Positions 56,085 to 64,000 of a DNA stretch of 64,000 nt are shown piece by piece. The notes under the pieces are model-generated. The model was given only the letters and a program-made list of their open reading frames with translations. It did not search any database and was not told where the DNA came from. The number at the start of each line of letters is the position of its first letter. The first letter of the stretch is position 1. The stretch spans positions 105,836,001 through 105,900,000 of the forward strand of contig NC_087436.1 of assembly GCF_036321535.1 (NCBI RefSeq), read 5' to 3'. The translations under genes and the position numbers were made by a program. This stretch comes from Camelus dromedarius (Eukaryota).

Positions 56085-56163
56085 GGGGGTGGAGAGTATA
56101 GCTCAGTGGTAGAGCACATGTTTAGCATGCAGGAGGTCCTGGGTTCAATCCCCAGTACCTCCA

Positions 56164-56219
<56 letters not shown>

Positions 56220-56260
56220 ACCTAATTACCCCCCCCCCAATAAAACAAACAAACAAAAAA
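56085..56260 (+). mobile_element. Young full-length tRNA-derived camelid-type SINE with (TAAA)14
   Basis: GTATAGCTCAGTGGTAGAGC A-box, GGGTTCAATCCCC B-box, (TAAA)14 at 56165-56220, then cctaattacc-C run and A-rich tail. Confidence 0.88.
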
Positions 56261-56299
56261 GGTTTTTGTAAAATGAAATGAGTGACTGTTTGGGAAGCA

Positions 56300-56720
56300 G
56301 ATGCCCTTGGTGCTCCACCCATATCCCCACAGCCCATACCATTTCCAAGTACGTGGCTCCAGATTCTTATATCAGCCTCTGCATCCCTTTCTCTGGCTGC
56401 CAGACCCCACTAGGCCCCATACTTGCCACAGGTTGGATGTGCTTGGGAGTTAACAACACCTGGGAGCCGCCTTCAGCTGAGGAGTTGGAGGATCAATACC
56501 CCAGCCCCCTTGCCCCTCGAATGGGTCACTCTGAAGTGTGCCTTCTGCACTGCCTCCCAGAGGTTCCCAAGAAGGATTAAGCTCTGGTTGCCCATAGTTG
56601 CCCTTTAATGCTTCCTTCACTTCTTTTTCTCACATCTCCTACTTCCCTACCTGTGTTTCCTAGGATCTCCTCCCAAATAAACAACTCGTATTTTGACGCA
56701 CTTTCCTTTGATCAGGGAAG
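56300..56720 (+). mobile_element. LTR16-like ERVL solo LTR
   Basis: ccccagcccccttgcccctcg...cctcccagaggttccc...gattaagctctggttgccca...ctcccaaataaac. Confidence 0.6.
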
Positions 56721-59226
56721 CCCACTGTAAGACTGTCCTATGTTTAGCATCATGCCTGGCATATTATAAGCATTCCATACACGTTTGTTATTACTAATGT
56801 CATAGTTATTTTGAGGTTCATTTTCTGCTGTAGTTTGTTTTTGCACGAACTGCTGCATCCTTTCTGCCCCTGCCTTTCTGCACTTTTCACAAAATCTCTC
56901 TCTCATTACACAATCCAGCTACCCTCTCAACTTTTTCTTGTCTCACCACTTCTTAATTTTAATCTTTCCCCAGGGTAATTACAACTTTGATGAGAGGATG
57001 TACATTTTTAAATAATTACAAAGAAAATTGGCAACTAAAAACAGTTGGTAGACCACACAACATGTCTTAAGATGGTAAACTTCTTGAAGGCAGGAATGAT
57101 ACTGGTTTCCACTGTGCCTGGAATTAACACATGTGTTTGTATTCAGAGGGCTTTTTTAAATAAGACAAATTAGCAGACTTTATTTTAATAAAGGAAAGAG
57201 ACTGAGTGAAATCTACTTCCTCTGTACATTACATCTGCTTCCCATCTGCAGTTTTTGCCAAAACGATCATTTTTTATCCACATCCACAACAATTTGGCCT
57301 CTCGCATCTGCAGAACGGAGCAACCATTCACTAAATGATACCCTAGTGGTATGAGAGTGCTAATGCATCTCATTTATAAACAAGGAAAACACCCCAGCAT
57401 CATCTGGGCTGTTAACCAATTTCCAGTATGAAATTAATGCAAGACTTATTTCTTGGGGAGAAAGTGCTTACCAATAAAGATGAATTTTCTCGTTAATGGA
57501 AAACCATACATTCAACAAATCACACATTTTCAGTGTGACAAATCGTGACTTGGCAGGATGACCGAGGAATGTATGCAGAAGACAGTTTGGTCTTTCTGGA
57601 GAGGACCAGTGTGTTTGGAAATCATATACTTTCTGTTTTGGGTTTCCATCTTCAAATTTCTGGATACTGCACAGCAGGGAGTTGGCGAGGTGGCTGGGGT
57701 GATCTTTTCTCAATGAGCCTGTGGCTCCCTCTGCCTCCCAAGGGGTCGTCTCCATCTGTTCTGGGCCCCAGTGGAGGTAGAGAGGGTGGCTTGTTTTTAT
57801 GTTGTTGGGAACCAGCAAACAAACCTCTATGTTACTGCGCTAATGCCCAGAGTGCAACCCTACCGAGGAAGAATTCTTTCAGGGCGGTCGGGCTACTCGG
57901 GAGAGAGACAGGCTGGGCAAAGAGGACGGCGTTTCATCAGAAGTCTGTCCAGGTGGCCCTCCTTGGGCCTTCCTTGTTTAAAAGAGAACTGGAGACTTGA
58001 GGGCAGCCAAGCGTTTGTGGCTGGAGGCCAGACTTCATTTATACAAACGTTCCCCTCTTTGTTACTCAGAGGAGATTCTTTCCACCTGTCCCTGCCTCTC
58101 CCTCCCTGGATGTCTGGGACTCCTTGGTGCATCCAGGGACCCATTTTCCTGTGTGTTTGGGGATGGAAAAGACTACTTTTTAAGGAAAGAGAAGTCATGA
58201 GCCAGAAATTTTGGTTCAAGACCTAGTTCTGCCACTTACTAGCTGTGGGCAGGATAGGGAGTCGAGGGTCTTTCCCTGAGCCTCAGCTTCTCCATCTATA
58301 AAACAAACAAACAAACAAAATAGCTTCCCAACAGGGCTCTCATGAAGAGTGATCCTGTGAACATGCCATCAATTTTTAAATGACCACATCTCACAGATGT
58401 AGACTTAGCACCAATTTGGGCAGTTAGAAGGTGGAAACACTGATGCTGTTCTGGGGGTGATGTGTGATATGGTCACATAAGAGCAGTGCTATGATGGGCT
58501 CAGATCTGGATGCAAGAGGTAGGTGGGGGTCACAGAGCTTGGGTTCAATTCCCACTACTTTGTAGCTGAGTGGTCCTGGGCAGGTTATTTAGTATATCTG
58601 AGCCTATTTCCACATCTATGAAATGGGTTTCAAGAGTCCCAGTTTTTCCAGGATTGTCATGAGGAGTAATTCTGTTCATGCAACAAATAGGAAAAGGGAT
58701 CACAGAGATAAGAGTTAACTTCTACTGGGGAGGAGGTGGAACCTGAGCTGAAGCTTGGGAAGCAGTTAAGTGTCTGCAGGAACAGAATGTAAACCTGAGC
58801 TAAAATATATATGAAAAGCACCTTACAGACTAAATTTCTATAGTGCTCTGTACGAATATTATCTAAAGGATTTGATTTAGACAGGAAACCTAAGAAACCC
58901 CAGGCATTGGGCCTAATTCTATTTTCCAGCCCCTTTTACGTTTAGTATTTATTAGGCGTGAAACTGCAAGGGGTGAAAAGGGGGGACTGCATGAAGAATG
59001 TTCCCCTCTTTCTCCCAAACTGGAGAGCCAGGAAACAATAGAAGGAACGATGGAGGAGAAGCCCCTCTCTTCAGTATTGGTGAGATCAGCACTAATTTTG
59101 ATAGCTGAATAGAATTTCTGTGGGTCTAATACTTCTTAAAAACTGTTATATTTTTGAAGCCAGGTTAGTCAGCATTATTCGGGTCTGAAGTTAGTACATT
59201 AAATTTCATCTCTCAATGTTCTTTCT

Positions 59227-59263
59227 TTTTTTTTTTTAACATCTTTTATTGATTTATAATCAT
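59227..59263 (-). mobile_element. 37-nt extremely 5'-truncated retroposon insertion with a 14-bp TSD
   Basis: The minus strand reads ATGATTATAAATCAATAAAAGATGTT-A11; perfect direct repeat tcaatgttctttct at 59213-59226 and 59264-59277. Confidence 0.85.
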
Positions 59264-60288
59264 TCAATGTTCTTTCTGACATTTTTTAGGGAAAAAAAAC
59301 CAACTTCTCCCACTTTATTAAAATCTCCAGTGGCCAGTGTGGTTAGGGACCACTGACTCAAAACACCATTCTTCATGAACCCTGAGAAGAAGATGGTGAT
59401 TTAAAAAAAAAAAAAAAAGATCATTTGACGTATCTTTGAAAAATAAGTCAATCTCAGAAAAAGAAAACAGGTATTTAGCCAGAAATACAATATGTTTTCT
59501 GAATCTCTACTAGGAGCAATGCTATTTGCAAGAAAACAGAAGCTGTCGTTCTAAAGAGATCCTTTTCTCTTGCTTTATTTCCCCTCTGAAATCATGAGCC
59601 GATGTTTGTGACATCACTGGGTTGCTGTGGAAATGTTTATTTCACAGAGGATTTTGACCTCAAGTGGGGAATTTAAAAGAGTTAGTGTGGAGTCTTGGAA
59701 AAACACAATTGGTTTAAATAAAGGTGGGTAGCATTTGGAAAAAGGACTCAGAGAGAAAACAGTATAAATTGTCTATAACAGGTTGTTTCAAGTTTTCCTG
59801 GGAGGATTCAAATACTTGTAGGAGCACCTTACACCAAATATGCCGATTTTTATTTGAATTTTACTTACTATAAATATCTATAGAAAGTTGAGGGGAGCAG
59901 GTAAGGAATGGCTTTTTTGCAGAAAAAAAACTTTCAGCTATTCGGTTATCAAAGCTGAGGGAAAGGTTTGGTCCTAAAATACCATTTTTTGGGGGGTATC
60001 CGTTTACAGTTTTATAATATACAATAGACTTAAGAGAATAGCTCAGTTTAAAGAACTGTCACTCAAAGGGCCTGAGTTTCAGTGCAGAAGCTACAGAATC
60101 CTTCGTTTTAAACTGTTAAATCAACAGAATGCCAAACTAGAGCCTTTCTTCCTGCTGGGGCAGTATTGTCCCCTAAATCCACTTTCCAGTTCTCTCAGCC
60201 TAGCCTAGTTTGATGTAGCGTTGACTTAACTACAGCAACCGGCAAAAGGAAGTGGGTTTGCATTTGGGATGGGAGGCGGCGGCCACGG

Positions 60289-60335
60289 GTGTGTGTGTGT
60301 GTGTGTATGTGTGTCTGCGTGTGTGCGCGCGCGCG
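60289..60335. repeat. Compound (GT)n(GC)n microsatellite
   Basis: Near-continuous purine-pyrimidine alternation. Confidence 0.9.
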
Positions 60336-60799
60336 GAACGAGGGGCATCGGGAAAGAACATCGAGACGTAGAAACTGTGTGAAAAAAAATTCCCCGTGGT
60401 TGAAAGAGAGGTCTTTGCAGACAAAAACAATTTTAGGAATTAAAAAAAAAAATTCTTCAAAGAGGGTGGGAGGAAGGCTGGCCAGGAAGGTGCGGGGCGT
60501 AAGCGGGGAACATGTGCGCCTCCGCCGGCATCTTTCCCCTTTCCTGGTTTGGGGCGACCCCCTCCCCACCCGCCCATCTACCCGCGGCCGCACCCGCGCC
60601 CCCTGCTGTCCCGGGGCCCGCACGGCCCCGCGGGGAGGGCGGCGGGCGGGCTGTGGGGGGCCTGCAAAGGTCTGGCGGCGTGGGCTGATTTAGTGGCCGG
60701 GGCTGTAGTACAGGCTGTCCCCGGCAGCCGGCGGAGTCAGCGCGCCCACGTGACGGCCCCGGCTCTCCGGTGAGCTCCCTAAACAGACGCACACCCAGC

Positions 60800-61007
60800 C
60801 GCGCGCGCGCGCGCGCATACACACACACACATACACACACACATACACGCACGCACCCCCGCGCGCACACGCCCGCCCGCTCGCTCTGCCTCTGTGCCCT
60901 CCATCCCGGCTCGCTCATTCTCTCGCCCTCTCGCTTCCCCTGCGGTCTCTCGCTCTGCGCGCACACACCACACACACGCACACGCACACACACGCGCGCA
61001 CACACGC
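60800..61007. repeat. Two compound (CG)n(CA)n microsatellites (60800-60872 and 60957-61007)
   Basis: (GC)8 at 60801-60816 followed by CA/TA/CG alternation; a second CA/CG tract downstream. Confidence 0.9.
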
Positions 61008-61017
61008 AGCCGGCACA

Positions 61018-61041
61018 GGCGGCGGCGGCGGCGGCGGCGGC
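61018..61041. repeat. (GGC)8 trinucleotide repeat
   Basis: Counted directly. Confidence 0.95.
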
Positions 61042-61092
61042 TGCTCAAGTCAGGACGAACCTCTCTAGGTACCGTCTTGAGAAGGCGGCAGC

Positions 61093-61093
<1 letters not shown>

Positions 61094-61156
<63 letters not shown>
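61094..61156. repeat. Uninterrupted (CGG)21 trinucleotide repeat
   Basis: 63 nt counted directly; (GGC)20 GGT in the Gly frame. Confidence 0.95.
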
Positions 61157-61157
<1 letters not shown>

Positions 61158-61367
61158 AGCGGCAGCCCGAGCATCCCTCTTCAGCCGGAGAGGGAGCACC
61201 GCCGAGAGTTTTCGTTCCCTTTGCCGTTCCCTTCCCCCTCCTTTTCTTTATTTTTTCGAGAGAATTTTTTCTTCGCTTATTGGTTTAATTTCATTTTGAA
61301 AATTTTTGGTTGCTTTTGTGTGTGTGCTTTTTTTTTTTTCTTTCCTCATTTTATTTGCATCCAGAGC

Positions 61368-61454
61368 ATGGCGGGCTGCGGGCTGTCGGAAGACACCTTC
61401 TTCCCTTCCTTCTTTTACAACTACGGCTCCTCCTGGGAAACCCCTTCCAACCAG
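61368..61454 (+). CDS. PPARGC1A: Coding part of an alternative first exon, probably the brain-specific (B1/SSR) exon of PPARGC1A; MAGCGLSEDTFFPSFFYNYGSSWETPSNQ
   Basis: AGCATGG strong Kozak context (A at -3, G at +4), 29 codons, consensus donor CAG|GTAAGG in phase 0, compatible with the phase-0 start of PPARGC1A exon 2; identity rests on recalled synteny and isoform structure, and downstream exons lie outside the window. Confidence 0.7.
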
Positions 61455-62440
61455 GTAAGGGGTGGCTCGGTGCCGGGCGGCGTCGCGCCCTGTGCCCCCC
61501 GCCGTGAGCTCACTTGGCACTCGGTGGGGAGGCAGAGGCTCGGGAGGGGGTGGGGAGGCTAGGGGGCCAAGTGGGTCGCACCGTCTGGGTACGTGCCAAC
61601 CGGCGAGAGGAGGTGTCCCCCCTTCCCCTAGCACTAGATCTCTAGTCTCCAGGGTCTGTCGCGTCCCTCCCTTTTCCAATCTACCATCCAAACCACCCTC
61701 CCCCACAACCTCCCAGCCCAGCGGGAACCCTAGAGAGGTAGGAGCCGGCACGTTACCCCGAACAACTCCAGGCAAAACCAGGGAACTCGAGCGCAACCTT
61801 CCCCAAGTCGCCTCGGGCGCCGCGCCCCTGTGCGCCCGGCGCCTGCCCGCCCTCCAGTTGCGCCGAGGGGTTGCGGAGCTGTGAGTCCCCCGCGACGTGC
61901 TGTTCCCCCTCCACTCCCCCTGGGCCCGGAGCCACCTCTTTCCCTAAAATGGCTGCAATCTCAAGTGGAGGCGTCCCTTGACCCCGGGGAGGGGGGGCAG
62001 AGTGGATGCTCCGTTGCCCATGACCCCGCGCCTCCCCCGGCGCGCCCAAGCACCCCACAAACACACACACTTAACTTTGATGACTGTGCAATGCAGTCCG
62101 GCTGCATCGTGCCCTCGACGCTCCCCACCGCCGGCCTCTAGGTGTGCATGTCGGTGTGACTCGGGGGGCGCGAAGAAACTGGGGGTAGACGCCGGAAGGG
62201 GGGGGGCGTGGAAGGACATGGGTGTTAGCGGGCCACTGGTAACCGGTAGAGACAGGCGTGTGCTCAAGGTCTAGGGGTGCAAAAGCTATTCTGGGAGCCA
62301 GAGCGAGAAAGAGAGGAAAAATGCCTTTTAATTAAAGAACTGTTGTAGTCTGCTGCCCCCACCGCTTGTTTGGTGAAAGTCTACAGGCATCTGTCATCTC
62401 CAAACTACACGGGGAAGTGGAGCTGGAGTCGGAGGGGAGG

Positions 62441-62493
62441 GGTGTGCGTGTGTGTGTGCGTGTGTGCGTGTGTAAGTGTGTGTACGCGCGCGC
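62441..62493. repeat. Compound (GT/GC)n microsatellite; a similar one lies at 63464-63507
   Basis: Seen directly. Confidence 0.85.
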
Positions 62494-64000
62494 GAGTCCA
62501 GGCTGGGGAAAGTTGGGGGCCGGAGGCGAGGTGAAGGAGCAATGGTGAAAGGCGGCAGCAACTCGGAGGGCGGTCTGAGGCGCGGGGGATTCCCGGCCCC
62601 GGCGGAGCGAGCGCCGCGGGGGGAGCGGGCCGGCGGGCGGGGGGTGTCGAGGAAAAGAGCACCGTTCTGCCTGGCTCGCCCGGCCACCGCGGCATCTATT
62701 TTCCCCAGCCCGTCCGCCCGCCTCGGCCGCTGGCGGGGCTGCTCGTCGCACTCGCCGGCTCTGGCGCGCTCCTTCCCGGGCCCAGGGCGCAACGCGCTCC
62801 TGCGAGCTCCCGGCCAAAAAGCCAACCCCCAAAGCAAAACAACCAAAAAATGCGCTCCGCCTCCCCCGCATCACCCCCAGTTTCCAAGAAACTGAGATCG
62901 CCGAACTAGTAGTCGCCGGGCGCAGACCTCGCGTCTCCGGCGTGGGCTCTCCAGAAAGCGCCGTGGCCATCCGAGTGAATAATACATAAGGGCCGCCCGG
63001 GAGCCTGGGAGAGGCTCCTGCCGCCGCGGTAGCAGCAGCGGGAGACGGCGGCGAGCTCCAGCCAGACCGCCGGGCCGCCGCGGCGGGTGGGGGCATCTGG
63101 GCAGCTCCCGGGAAGCGCGCCGGCCGCTCGCGGGGCGCCGAGCTCCGCGGCGGGGGGATGCGGGAGGGCGGCCCAGGCGCGTGAAGCAGGGGTTCCGGGC
63201 GAGGCAAACAGGAAAGGGGAGGCCCCGCTGTGAGCAGAAACTTGCAGGAACTGCCGAGGTGTTCGGGCGGGCTCTGGAGTTGTGGGGCTCGAGGGGTGCC
63301 CCGGCTGCCCGAGGCGCTGGAGGATTTCTCCAGGCCACTCTGCCCGATCTGGCGGGGCCCGCGTGCTCCCCGTGCCTCCCCACGCCTCCTCCGGATTGTC
63401 GAGAGCCAACGACCCCTTCGGCTGGGCAAACTCCAGCTATCCAGGAGCTGGCGTACGCCCGACTGTGTGTGTATGTGTGTGTGTGCGCGCGTGTGTGCGT
63501 GTGTGTGATTGTCGATGAGTCAGAAACCAACCCCATCTCGTCTTTGAGGACCGAGACGCGTAGGAAAGGCTTGAACCACTCACCCCACACAAGCCCAGCC
63601 CGGGTTCGGGATTCCTTGGCAGTGCCGCGCCCCCCAGTCCTGGAGTCAGAAGCGTTAGGATAAGTTTCTAGGCGCGTACCTCCGACCTGCACCTCGGGGC
63701 CGCGAAACTCGAGCAATTTATTTTCTTCCCAAGGAAGGTAGAAAGGAGAATTGGGTGTACGGAAGCACTCAGTGATACAGCTTTACAGCGATGGGAGATT
63801 GGCAACATCTTTAACGAGATAGGAAACAATTCGTTTGAGAGCGTTTAAAAGCGAAGGGCTACGGCCCGATTTTGCAAGACAGGCAATCACGTGCAAACTC
63901 CTTGAAAACCAAATGAGGTGGGGTGAGAGAGAGGGGTGCGGGGCAGGATAAGAGTAAAGGAAGGAGAGAACCAGAGAAGGGGTTGGGGGGCGTTTTCAAA

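Larger units (their letters stand above)
60270..63720. promoter_or_regulatory. PPARGC1A: Large CpG island; probable distal CNS-specific promoter region of PPARGC1A
   Basis: ~3.4 kb GC/CpG-rich; E-box CACGTGAC 60747-60754; ~35 kb downstream of DHX15 in the same orientation, matching recalled human/mouse synteny. Confidence 0.75.

Noticed and set aside
56091..56163. Possible tRNA-Ala gene
   Set aside because: Has A/B boxes but continues into a TAAA array and SINE tail, and a related copy with a TSD lies at 6798; it is a SINE
57468..58226. Overlapping 108-151 aa ORFs
   Set aside because: No recognisable homology or exon structure; consistent with chance
62332..63716. Long minus-strand ORFs (365 aa, 281 aa) and many overlapping ORFs
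   Set aside because: Low-complexity Arg/Pro/Gly/Ala products in several frames at once, as expected from stop-codon depletion in a CpG island; no recognisable domain

Overview
This is mammalian genomic DNA, most likely camelid (judged from its tRNA-derived SINE family), and appears syntenic to human 4p15.2. Most of the ORF track is therefore noise. Positions 1-26.3 kb hold the 3' part of DHX15 (Prp43 DEAH-box spliceosomal helicase) on the + strand: 11 coding exons (about exons 4-14, all GT-AG), the 3' UTR and an AATAAA. The last exon has an apparent 1-nt deletion frameshift. Positions 26-60 kb are repeat-rich intergenic DNA (L1, L2, MIR, MLT1/ERVL LTRs, hAT/Tigger MITEs) with an orphan CpG island near 48-49 kb and a strong CTCF motif. 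Positions 60.2-63.7 kb are a large CpG island with (GT/CA/CG)n and (GGC)n repeats and a Kozak ATG opening a 29-codon exon that ends at a phase-0 donor. This best fits the distal brain-specific first exon and promoter of PPARGC1A (assigned from recalled synteny, not a search). The most interesting leads are (1) an FMR1/NOTCH2NLC-like GGC repeat, whose polyGly frame is open into the PGC-1alpha start and which has an antisense ATG-polyPro ORF, and (2) several candidate autoregulatory splicing elements in DHX15. Repeat family names and boundaries are by-eye estimates.
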